The notes beneath the pieces were generated by a model. The model made no database searches and was not told where the DNA came from. It saw nothing but the letters and a program-made list of their open reading frames with translations. 64,000 nt of DNA. Source: Calditrichia bacterium (GTDB lineage: Bacteria; Calditrichota; Calditrichia; RBG-13-44-9; J075). The stretch spans positions 147,226 to 211,225 of the forward strand of contig JANQQU010000060.1 in the NCBI GenBank assembly GCA_028284905.1. The letters run 5' to 3'. Below are positions 50,801 to 58,823 of the stretch, one piece after another. A program made the position numbers and the translations under genes. Position 1 is the stretch's first letter. Every line of letters begins with the position of its first letter.

Positions 50801-51321
50801 CCAAAGAGGGAAAACCAGGGCGTCCAGATGTGTGCCGGTATCAAGTGGGCGGCAGGATCTGTTTCCAGTACGATTTCAAAAAGGTCCCGGGCATCCAGTC
50901 CCAGAATTGGACGGCCATCCGAGCGTATATTTCCAATTTTTTCCAGGCGGCGTTGCAGCTTCTCGACAGCTTCCAATGAGGGCAGGAACACCACATTATG
51001 AATTTTTCGCACCCGGTCGTATTTTTTGTAAATATTGCTAATTTCACCGGCCAGCATAAATCGCACTTCGCCGCGGCAGGCAACCGGAATTTCCCGATCC
51101 ATCTCCCGGGCGATTTCCGCTTTCAAGCGAAACAGTCCTTCCTCCGCCGGCTCAAGCTTTTCCCGCATTTCTGTCAGCCAGCCCGGGTGGGCAATATCAC
51201 CGGTGCCGACAACATGAACGCCTTTGAGCTGCGCCCATTTGTATAGATGTTCAAAATTGAGATTTTTGCTGGTTGCCCGGGAGTAGTAGGAATGGATATG
51301 CAAATCGGCAACAATTTTCAT
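47899..51321 (-). CDS. Endonuclease Q (PHP + Zn finger) fused to a UvrD/PcrA SF1 helicase
   Basis: EndoQ part: DLHIHS, GTGD, HIWTPWFS, ETGLSSD, SNSDAHS, GKYHHDGHRKC..CLRCG, GYDGEFG. Helicase part: LNPEQ, AGPGTGKT, TFTNKAA, DEYQD, GDADQAIYGFRGA, NYRS, TLHAAKGLEF, EERRLFYVGMTRA. Confidence 0.9.
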   Translation of the reverse strand: MKIVADLHIHSYYSRATSKNLNFEHLYKWAQLKGVHVVGTGDIAHPGWLTEMREKLEPAEEGLFRLKAEIAREMDREIPVACRGEVRFMLAGEISNIYKKYDRVRKIHNVVFLPSLEAVEKLQRRLEKIGNIRSDGRPILGLDARDLFEIVLETDPAAHLIPAHIWTPWFSLFGSKSGFDRIEDCFNDLTPHIFALETGLSSDPPMNWRWSALDNYTLVSNSDAHSPQKLAREATLFETELSYFAMFDAMKSADPNTFRGTLEFFPQEGKYHHDGHRKCGTNWTPKTTIAHDMRCLRCGKPVTVGVMHRIETLADRAEGERPEKTAPFHSLIPLPEVLSEIYEVGPNSKRVQKAYLGLLGKLGSELHILQDAPLEDLARDGGARLAEGIRRMRNCEVRPIAGYDGEFGVIKLFEKGEPAIYASQLDLFPSKGKPAAPEIENNVEVHSTEKTSADLEKDAAVDKKCGSPLTASDETDGDDLLAGLNPEQREAVLCVDRPLLVMAGPGTGKTRTLTHRIAYLIREKSVAAENILAITFTNKAAGEMAERVAALCEAEVAGRITINTFHGFGAMVLRESGESIGIDSGFTILDGLNQKLFLAKLFPDYKTRKLQRLAKNISEAKNVLLTGGEGETRKNIMSDESFLEDYQTYEKSLRSYQLVDYDDLLLQPVKLFSRFPEVLAAYQERYRWISIDEYQDINASQYALIRMLNTDQTNFCAIGDADQAIYGFRGADRSYFLRYQEDFPQTVKVQLTKNYRSNRNIVQAAGQVISRGDDSSGLSLISDIVSKKLIEFHVASTGKAEAEFVVQQIEARIGGTSHFSMDSGRAAGEEKSRGFSDFAVLYRLNRQVDDLAEALERSGIPYQSTERISFFEDPVIQQVLAYLWFAWNPQSLFHLENIYPDGNAKGETGEFLRVAAFAKNAGLSNWDVLQAFRDNNAFNDSQKAWLSKFIPLISEIRTGIQREAVAGFIQKILMFMQLQLSVTWPEEDRQLLDRLIAIAGDFHGDLQGFLQNTALQREGDAYDPRADRVSLMTLHAAKGLEFPVVFMVGCEEGILPFSRRGMKSDLEEERRLFYVGMTRAKDNLILSRAGKRQLENRRMENNPSRFLADIELALQAQLTTEKPKKVVLRKEKQNQLKLFE

Positions 51322-51333
51322 AGCAGGCACCCG

Positions 51334-51909
51334 TTATGGATTGCGCTTCCTTCCGGTCGTCACCAAATCCGACCACCATTTCACCCGATAGAAAATAGAA
51401 TCCAGCTGAGTAACGGAAATGCGAAAATCCTCTGCAACCCGTTTTTTAACGCCATGATTACTATTTTCGAACTCCATCGATTGCATGCCATTGGTGATAA
51501 TGCTGTCGATATAGGATTCATAAATGAGGCGATCCAGGGTACTGGGCTCGTAGCTGAAGATGGTAGTGTCCGGCGCCCATCCGTTCATTGCCCAACGATA
51601 GCCTTTCCCGGGGGTGTAAAGTGCGCCGGTGGTAGAAACCGCATCCATTGCCGCATCATCCCGGAAGACATACACCTTGGTTTTTTTACGTGGTGGAGGA
51701 TCGCCGGGCCAGTGAACAGCAAGTTTCACCTGTCGCATTGCCTCTGCAGTGGATAGATAAGGAGGAAGTTTAATTTTGATTATGTCTTCGTATTCGCTGT
51801 AGTTGTTTTGCAAAAGGCGGTATTGAATGTCAAGTGTGTCCCAGGCAGCCGTCTGGCCCCAGGCCAGCGAGCCGAAAAACAAAAGAGGAAGGAGATATTT
51901 CCATCGCAT
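51334..51909 (-). CDS. Hypothetical secreted protein
   Basis: ATG after GAGG; signal peptide MRWKYLLPLLFFGSLAWG; no recognised domain. Confidence 0.7.
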   Translation of the reverse strand: MRWKYLLPLLFFGSLAWGQTAAWDTLDIQYRLLQNNYSEYEDIIKIKLPPYLSTAEAMRQVKLAVHWPGDPPPRKKTKVYVFRDDAAMDAVSTTGALYTPGKGYRWAMNGWAPDTTIFSYEPSTLDRLIYESYIDSIITNGMQSMEFENSNHGVKKRVAEDFRISVTQLDSIFYRVKWWSDLVTTGRKRNP

Positions 51910-52096
51910 ACTTTATCCTCTAAAGTTGGCAGGTTAGCAAAAAATGGATCGGTTTATAATAAGTAATTTTCCCACTCAAAAAAAGTTTTTTATTGGCAAA
52001 GCGGTTTAATTTTTCCATTTGTGATTGTATATTAGCAGGATTTGGGAAATGACTGCCCAGGAAAAATAAAACTGGTCATATCTAGCGAAGGAAGCC

Positions 52097-52864
52097 ATGA
52101 ATACGAGAAAGAATCCGCTACCATTGAAAACAGCAATGATACTCGCCGCCGGTTATGGTACCCGCATGAAAAACCTTACCAGACATACACCGAAACCCTT
52201 GTTATCGCTGGGCAAAATGCGCATCATTGAAGTTGCGATTTATAAACTGGCGGCACAGGGTATTGAACGGGTTGTTATCAACCTCCACTACAAAGCCGAG
52301 CAATTTCGACAAATTCTTGGCGATGGCAGACGATATGGGGTTGAGATTATCTATAGCGAAGAAACGGAGATTCTCGGTTCCGGCGGGGGCATTGCAAATG
52401 CGGAAATTTATTTTCAGGATGAAACAATCCTTGCGGTAAACGCCGATGTGCTTTGCAATCTGGATATTCGAAAATTGTATAATTATCATTGTGAGCAAAA
52501 GGCTCTGGTAACCATGAATGTCTTACCCTCAATCAACAATGATGATTACGGCCTGGTACGTTACAATGACCAGAATCGACTGCTTGGTTTCAATCTGACC
52601 GGGCAGGATTTACCCGATGCCAACAACACCGGCATCTTCACCGGTCATCAAATCCTTTCACCGAAAGCCCGCGCTTATTTGAAAGCTGAGAATCAATCGA
52701 TTATCACGCACCTCTATAAGGCCGCGATAGGAAGGGAAGAGAATGTGCAGGTTCATCCTTTTGAAGGACAATGGATCGATGTTGGCACAGAAGAATTCTA
52801 TCATCGGTTTGTGGCAGCGATAAAATCAGGGGAAATAAATCTGGACAGCTTTATCTACAGTTAA
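52097..52864 (+). CDS. Nucleotidyltransferase, MurU/mannose-1-phosphate guanylyltransferase-like
   Basis: AMILAAGYGTRM, PKPLL, VINLHY, ILGSGGG, VNADV, WIDVGT. Confidence 0.85.
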   Translation: MNTRKNPLPLKTAMILAAGYGTRMKNLTRHTPKPLLSLGKMRIIEVAIYKLAAQGIERVVINLHYKAEQFRQILGDGRRYGVEIIYSEETEILGSGGGIANAEIYFQDETILAVNADVLCNLDIRKLYNYHCEQKALVTMNVLPSINNDDYGLVRYNDQNRLLGFNLTGQDLPDANNTGIFTGHQILSPKARAYLKAENQSIITHLYKAAIGREENVQVHPFEGQWIDVGTEEFYHRFVAAIKSGEINLDSFIYS

Positions 52865-52901
52865 TAATCCGGTATTCAGCAAACCGGCCAATGGGTGAAT
52901 A

Positions 52902-53852
52902 TTACTTCAGCAAAACCATACGTTTCGTTTCCACAAAGTTTCCGGCTTGCAAGCGGTAGAAGTAAATTCCACTGTTTAATTCCTCACCTCTAAAAAGCAC
53001 CTCATATTTTCCCGCGGCCTGAAAATGATCGACCAAAGTTCTCACTTCTCTCCCCGAAACGTCAAAGACTTTCAAATTCACCAGGACGCCTTTAGCTAAC
53101 CGATAGGCAATTTTGCTTGTTGGGTTAAAAGGATTTGGATAGTTTTGTTCCAGGGCAAAATCCGGTAACAAATCCGCATCTGGTTCGACAGTTGTTGTGC
53201 CGGGACCAAAATCAACATCACTGGTCGAATAAAAGGCTTCCGGGCTGTCAGAACGTTGCCAGACGCTGTAAATGACATGCTTACCGGTTCGAGCCGGTAA
53301 ATCAACGGGAATATCGACCCTGCCCGCTGCTGCGCTCTGCGTTGTTCGGACAAGGAGGGTAAGATCATCCCAGGTCAATGGAGAATCCGGTGTCCAGTTT
53401 TCGTTGGTTATATAAACATCATAGTATTCCGTGGCATGCGGCGCGGTGTTTGTCCAGGTAACCATCAAAGGGCCGGGGGTCACCGGCGTCGCTACCCAAT
53501 CCGACCGCACCTGATCCATTCCACCATATTTATCTGGCCGACCACCGCTCGCCAGATTACCATCCGGCACAACCTGCAAGTGGTTACCATTTGCATTCGC
53601 TTGATTAATTTCCATCCAGTCATATAACGGTTGAGTACCATGGGAGGCTACTGCATCTATACATGGGGAAGAAACCGGATTTTCCGGGTTTTCCTGATAA
53701 CAGATCCAAACACGGCTTGGCGGATCCGTTACTGTACCATGGGCATAGGAAAAGTGAGGCGTTATAAAAACAAAACAAATCGAAGCAAGCAAGCTCAAAA
53801 ATCGAATGTTCAAAATAGGCCTGTTCGCATCGACCAGTTTTGTTAGCAACAT
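52902..53852 (-). CDS. AA10 lytic polysaccharide monooxygenase with C-terminal sorting domain
   Basis: Signal peptide cleaved before His1 (SYA|HGTVTDPPSR); TAPHAT (second His); WQRSDSPEAFY (axial Phe); NYPNPFNP C-terminal domain. ATG 53852 after GGAGG. Confidence 0.92.
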   Translation of the reverse strand: MLLTKLVDANRPILNIRFLSLLASICFVFITPHFSYAHGTVTDPPSRVWICYQENPENPVSSPCIDAVASHGTQPLYDWMEINQANANGNHLQVVPDGNLASGGRPDKYGGMDQVRSDWVATPVTPGPLMVTWTNTAPHATEYYDVYITNENWTPDSPLTWDDLTLLVRTTQSAAAGRVDIPVDLPARTGKHVIYSVWQRSDSPEAFYSTSDVDFGPGTTTVEPDADLLPDFALEQNYPNPFNPTSKIAYRLAKGVLVNLKVFDVSGREVRTLVDHFQAAGKYEVLFRGEELNSGIYFYRLQAGNFVETKRMVLLK

Positions 53853-53919
53853 AATCCCTCCTCCGTAACCGAACATGTCATTGCCGAGGAATAACTACTT
53901 ATTCGGGATTTAATTCCCG

Positions 53920-56208
53920 TTATTTCAGTAATACCATCTTGCTTGCCTGCTGAAAATCTCCGGCAGTCATCACAGCATAATACACTCCGCCGGCAACTGG
54001 CTGGCCATCATCATTTACCCCCTGCCACTGTAAACGGTGTTCTCCCGGCGTATAAGTTCTCTCAACAAGCGTTTTAACGACTTGCCCCAATGGATTAAAT
54101 ATCTCTATACGCACCTGAGGTAAAGCACCTTCTTTCGCCGGCACATTAAAGCGTAATGTTGTGGAAGGATTAAATGGATTCGGGAAATTCGTATAAAGCT
54201 CAAATTGCCCCGGAATGCCTCCGGAACTTTCCCCGATCGTCACATACACCGGTCCATGTTCCACTTGCACATTGTTGGCATCGACATCAACCAGTTTATA
54301 CCAATATGTTTCCCCATTTTGCACTTGTTCATCACGATAAGAATAAAAGTGCGGCACATTGGAATTGAATTGCCCCTCAAGATCGTCATTGTATTCGTAT
54401 GCACTAATTTCCTGAAATGGTCCAAATTCTGAAGCGGCTCTCAGTATGCGAAAGCCGACATTGTTTACTTCACTTTCCGTTGTCCATTCCAGCAATGCAA
54501 ATCCATCTCCGGATGCAGCCGTGAAGGAGCTCAGAGAGACCGGTAATGCGCCATCGGCCTGGATATCCGTGTAGCGGCGTGGTAAAATCTGATACCCTTC
54601 CGTATAGGGGAATGATGTATCGAATTGACCGAAAAGACCCTGCACATCTTTCGGCCAGGAAGGTTCTATGTTTTCATCCAAGTCAGTATCTTTATCTACG
54701 CGCAAAGCGATAACACCGCTGCTGACATCATCAGCAATTTCCAAATTGGCATTATTGCCACTGCTTGGCCAGGCATCACCATTGCCGGTATTTTCGATAT
54801 GTTGAATCGCGATAAACAATCCCTCATAGGTTTCCGGGTCGGCAAGCAACTGATCTATTGTCACCACTGTAAAACCGGGCATCGTGCCGGCGCCGTTATC
54901 GGTGATTGCAGCAGCATCAAACGGCAACACTTCCGGCTTCCCAAGAAAAAAGTCGACTTCACCGAGAACAGTATAACTATTTCCCTCGGTGACCGTCACA
55001 CTACTTAAACCGCCTCCGAAAATATTAATGCCGCCGGTATTATCCTGCAGATAGACATCGAGGTTCGCGGTTTGAAAAACACCACTACTAACCGTCGCCA
55101 CGCCGGTAACCCGGGCAAGGTATTCGTGGTAGGTTAACAATCCATTGCCATCGGCATCATTCAATGTTAAAATGTCGACCGTCCCGGCAAAGAGATTGAC
55201 ATGATCACTTTCCGTTGATTGTGGCGTCGGTGCATCATCCTCTGCATACACCCAATATTCCACGACATCGCCATCGGTATAATTACTTTCTGCAATTGTC
55301 GCGGCGTAATTATCTCCTCCGGTGTTGGACATACTAATCATCTGTGTAGCACCGCTGTTGATTGTGTATCGAAGCTCCACCAGGGTTAACAGGGTATCGT
55401 CGGTTACCGTTGCTGTTACCACGAGATCCTGATTCTCCAGGGGGATTTGTGGTGCACCGACAACATTGGTTACGGAAGGTGGTGCATCGCCGCCAAGGGA
55501 AATATTGTCGATATAAACCCGGCGTGCAGAAGAGGCATTGGCAAAATGGGTGTAAACACCGAAGAAGGATGATGTTGTATGCGTGTTGTCAGTCAAGGTG
55601 CCGGCACTATTGGTCGGCGCCGCGCTAAATGTAAAGCCGGTATCATAGAACAATTCAAATTGCCCACTACCATTTCGTTGTACGATTACATTCAAACCAT
55701 CATCGAGCGCACCGGAAGCAAAGCTGGGGGATGAAGGAAATGCGCCGACCTTCGTCTGTGTTGTTCCGGAGTTTCTCCAAAGCTCCAGAGAGTCGAGGGG
55801 CGGTCCATTAATCCCCACTTTTAAATAATACCCATTCCAGGTTGCGCTGGTAATATCCCCGGTAATCGCCTGGTCGGACATTAATATCACCCCAAAATAA
55901 TTGACGCTGGAAGGATTAAAAGTGCCGGTCGCCAGTGAAAAGCGCCATTCGGTTACAATATTACTGGGAGTTGTTAAAACAGCATTTCCCACGGAAGCAT
56001 TAGAGCCCAAAAAAGCACCATCACTACTAGCATTCCCGCTGGGAATTGTCGCATCGCTGAGCACTGCGAAGCTAGCGGCGTCGCCAGACCATACGGGATC
56101 GTTAGTAAAATCGCCGTCGGAAAAATCATCGGTGATTTGAGCCTGTAAAGTAGAATTGATCAAAACAGATAAGCACATAAACGAAACGAGAAAGACCAGA
56201 AAACGCAC
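53920..56208 (-). CDS. Secreted multidomain protein with OB-fold-like repeats and C-terminal sorting/FlgD-Ig domain
   Basis: Signal peptide; DDFSDGDFT N-domain; YLQDNTGGINIF and GQFD..YQILPR; PVSLSSFTA linker; NFPNPFNPST. Confidence 0.75.
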   Translation of the reverse strand: MRFLVFLVSFMCLSVLINSTLQAQITDDFSDGDFTNDPVWSGDAASFAVLSDATIPSGNASSDGAFLGSNASVGNAVLTTPSNIVTEWRFSLATGTFNPSSVNYFGVILMSDQAITGDITSATWNGYYLKVGINGPPLDSLELWRNSGTTQTKVGAFPSSPSFASGALDDGLNVIVQRNGSGQFELFYDTGFTFSAAPTNSAGTLTDNTHTTSSFFGVYTHFANASSARRVYIDNISLGGDAPPSVTNVVGAPQIPLENQDLVVTATVTDDTLLTLVELRYTINSGATQMISMSNTGGDNYAATIAESNYTDGDVVEYWVYAEDDAPTPQSTESDHVNLFAGTVDILTLNDADGNGLLTYHEYLARVTGVATVSSGVFQTANLDVYLQDNTGGINIFGGGLSSVTVTEGNSYTVLGEVDFFLGKPEVLPFDAAAITDNGAGTMPGFTVVTIDQLLADPETYEGLFIAIQHIENTGNGDAWPSSGNNANLEIADDVSSGVIALRVDKDTDLDENIEPSWPKDVQGLFGQFDTSFPYTEGYQILPRRYTDIQADGALPVSLSSFTAASGDGFALLEWTTESEVNNVGFRILRAASEFGPFQEISAYEYNDDLEGQFNSNVPHFYSYRDEQVQNGETYWYKLVDVDANNVQVEHGPVYVTIGESSGGIPGQFELYTNFPNPFNPSTTLRFNVPAKEGALPQVRIEIFNPLGQVVKTLVERTYTPGEHRLQWQGVNDDGQPVAGGVYYAVMTAGDFQQASKMVLLK

Positions 56209-56653
56209 GATGCATACCTCAGCAACTTTTTATGAAACCCGGTAAATAAGGCACAAACATCCGTGTATAATCAATCTTTTCATCCAGTGAGAAGTTTCGC
56301 GATATTTTAGTTAAGAGACAAGAATATTTTAAAACTAAATGCATTTTTAACTTGAATTTAACGCTTCCACGACACTCTGCAAATTATTCGCGGATTGGTG
56401 ATGTCTGGCATTCTATAAAGCAACCCGGGAAGTAACTTATGAAAATCCACAATTTGGAACTTTTCGACAAAACGGCAGGTATTGGGTATTACCACCTGGC
56501 ATGACCAAATGCACCGGAAATACTTAAATTGTTTTGACCGTCATTTTGGTTATTGCTTTCCGATTTACTTTGATATTAAATTCGTTTGTCACATAATTGT
56601 TTTTTCGGTTGGTAGATCGGGTATTTTTCCCCGGCAAAAACAGGAGCAATCTA

Positions 56654-58783
56654 CTGAGTTTTTTAAATCCTGCAATACTTTATGCATTAGCTGCAGCTGC
56701 AATTCCCCTGCTTATTCACTTATTGAACCGTCGAAAAATTAAACGCATACCTTTCAGCACTATTCAATTTTTGAAACGGATGGAAAAAAAGCAAATGCGT
56801 AACCTGCGCATTCGCCAACTGCTGTTGTTGTTGTTAAGAACTGCAATCATCCTTTGCCTGGTTATTGCTTTCGCCCGCCCGACCCTTCGCAATGGTGCCG
56901 GCAGCTTGCTGGCAGAGAGGAGTCCCATTGAAGCAGTCATTATTTTAGACAACTCTCTTTCACTGAATGAGGCGCGCTTAACCGGCAGCTTACTGGAGAA
57001 TCTCCGCCAGGCTTTTATTGCCCTGGAACCTGTATTCCAAAACAGCGACCGCATCACAATCATGCAGGCTTCGCAGCCACAGGATTTTTTTGTTCGCCAG
57101 GAAAGTTACCAAAGTGGAATGTGGGAAAGAGTGTTGCAAAAGCTACAGCCCAATTATCTGAAGAGTAATTTAAACAACGCGCTCTTATCTGCACTGAGCA
57201 TTACTGATCAATCCGTCTATGCTTCCCGGGAAATTTATTTGCTCTCGGATTTTCAACATTCGGCTTTTCAGGAAAGTTCACTGTCAGAATCCATCACTGC
57301 GACAGAAAATGAACGGGCGAAGATCTTTACAATACCAATTGTGCACGGTAGCCAGGAGAATATTTCCGTGGACAGCGTTGCCGTGGTCAATCAACTAATT
57401 GAGACCAACCAGCCTTTGCAAATAAAAGCGTTTATTCGCAACCATCATCCGGACAAATATTTGAACACGCTAACTTCGGTGATGTTAAACGGCAAAAGAG
57501 TTTCCCAACAAAAGGTGAGCCTGGCGCCTGGTCAGCTCAGTGAAGTTCGCTACCAGCTGACTTTAACGGAAAGCGGTTTCATTCAGGGACGCATCGAAAC
57601 GGAGAGCGACATCATCCAGGAGGATAACCGGCGCTATTTCAACTTTTACGTGCCGGAGCGGATCAAAGTGCTACACATTTACCCCGATGCAGCCTACCAA
57701 AGCTTTTTGCCATTGGTCATTCAACCGGCTATCCAGCGCAATGTTTTTGAATATGAAGGTGAAGCGTTGGTAAACTGGACAGCTCGTAATTTTAATGAAT
57801 TTGACATGATTGTCCTGGAAGGGTTGGAACAAATTCCGGAAGCGTTAGTAAATCGCCTCAACTTTTTTGTCGAGCAAGGTGGCGGAACGCTTGTTATTCC
57901 CGGGGAAAACATAACTATTCCGCAATATCGCACACTTTTCAACACTTTTCAATTTGGCAGCATATTGACGATGCAGGGCACGCCGGGCAGCACGAGCAGT
58001 TTCCTTACGCTGGAAAACTTCATGTGGGACCACCCGGTTTTTGAAGGTCTTTTCGAGGATAATCAGCGCAAACTAAATCCGATCGAAGTATACGCCAGCT
58101 ATCGGGTAAAAACACAGGCAGCATCCGATGTGTTGATCAGTTTAAGCGATCGATCACCACTATTACTCCATAATCAAACCGGCAAAGGCAGTGCTTTTTT
58201 TCTGACAACCGGTCTTTCCCCGGAGTGGTCGCAACTTCCCCTGAAAGGGTTTATCGTGCCGCTCATTTATCGCTCAACATACTATGCGGGAACGCAGAAG
58301 GTGCTTGATCGTCAGCAGATTCGTACCGGGGAAATCTACCAGCAGCAGTTCACCAATCTGGAAACGCCATATGATTTTCAAATGGAAGGCGACAATGCCG
58401 TTGCGGTAAAACTGAATCCCCGCTTCAAAGGCGCCGACGTTTTTCTCGAGTTCCGGGAATCATCCCTGCCGGGCAACTACCTGCTCCGCCACAACAACAG
58501 AACATTGAGCGTTGTTTCCGTAAACAGCTGGCCGGAAGAATCGGAGATGACATTCTACACGTCTGAAGAATTGCTGTCATTTTTACCGGATGCTTATTAC
58601 TTTAATGATCCGGCAACAATCGCAGAGCAAGTGCAGCAAAGTCGTTTTGGACAGGAATTATGGCGTCACTTTCTTATTGCAGCATTTATACTGTTACTCA
58701 TTGAAATGATCGTTGCCAGAACCGGGAACAGGGACGCAACGGCTGAAGATAGCGGCGATAGCAATGTCGCATTCAATAATTAG
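56654..58783 (+). CDS. BatA-domain / vWA-like membrane protein
   Basis: SFLNP..PLLIHLL..LLLLLR..AFARP N-terminus; ILDNSLSL MIDAS-like motif; LLSDFQ; C-terminal TM ending LLIE. Probable CTG start at 56654. Confidence 0.85.
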   Translation: MSFLNPAILYALAAAAIPLLIHLLNRRKIKRIPFSTIQFLKRMEKKQMRNLRIRQLLLLLLRTAIILCLVIAFARPTLRNGAGSLLAERSPIEAVIILDNSLSLNEARLTGSLLENLRQAFIALEPVFQNSDRITIMQASQPQDFFVRQESYQSGMWERVLQKLQPNYLKSNLNNALLSALSITDQSVYASREIYLLSDFQHSAFQESSLSESITATENERAKIFTIPIVHGSQENISVDSVAVVNQLIETNQPLQIKAFIRNHHPDKYLNTLTSVMLNGKRVSQQKVSLAPGQLSEVRYQLTLTESGFIQGRIETESDIIQEDNRRYFNFYVPERIKVLHIYPDAAYQSFLPLVIQPAIQRNVFEYEGEALVNWTARNFNEFDMIVLEGLEQIPEALVNRLNFFVEQGGGTLVIPGENITIPQYRTLFNTFQFGSILTMQGTPGSTSSFLTLENFMWDHPVFEGLFEDNQRKLNPIEVYASYRVKTQAASDVLISLSDRSPLLLHNQTGKGSAFFLTTGLSPEWSQLPLKGFIVPLIYRSTYYAGTQKVLDRQQIRTGEIYQQQFTNLETPYDFQMEGDNAVAVKLNPRFKGADVFLEFRESSLPGNYLLRHNNRTLSVVSVNSWPEESEMTFYTSEELLSFLPDAYYFNDPATIAEQVQQSRFGQELWRHFLIAAFILLLIEMIVARTGNRDATAEDSGDSNVAFNN

Positions 58784-58823
58784 CACACTATTTTCTGTAT
58801 ACTATTAGGAGGAAAATACTTTA

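Noticed and set aside
46472..51321. Anti-phage defence island (PIN-PhoH plus nuclease-helicase)
   Set aside because: The genes are convergent, PIN-PhoH is a common housekeeping family with no antitoxin seen, and there are no other defence or mobility genes.
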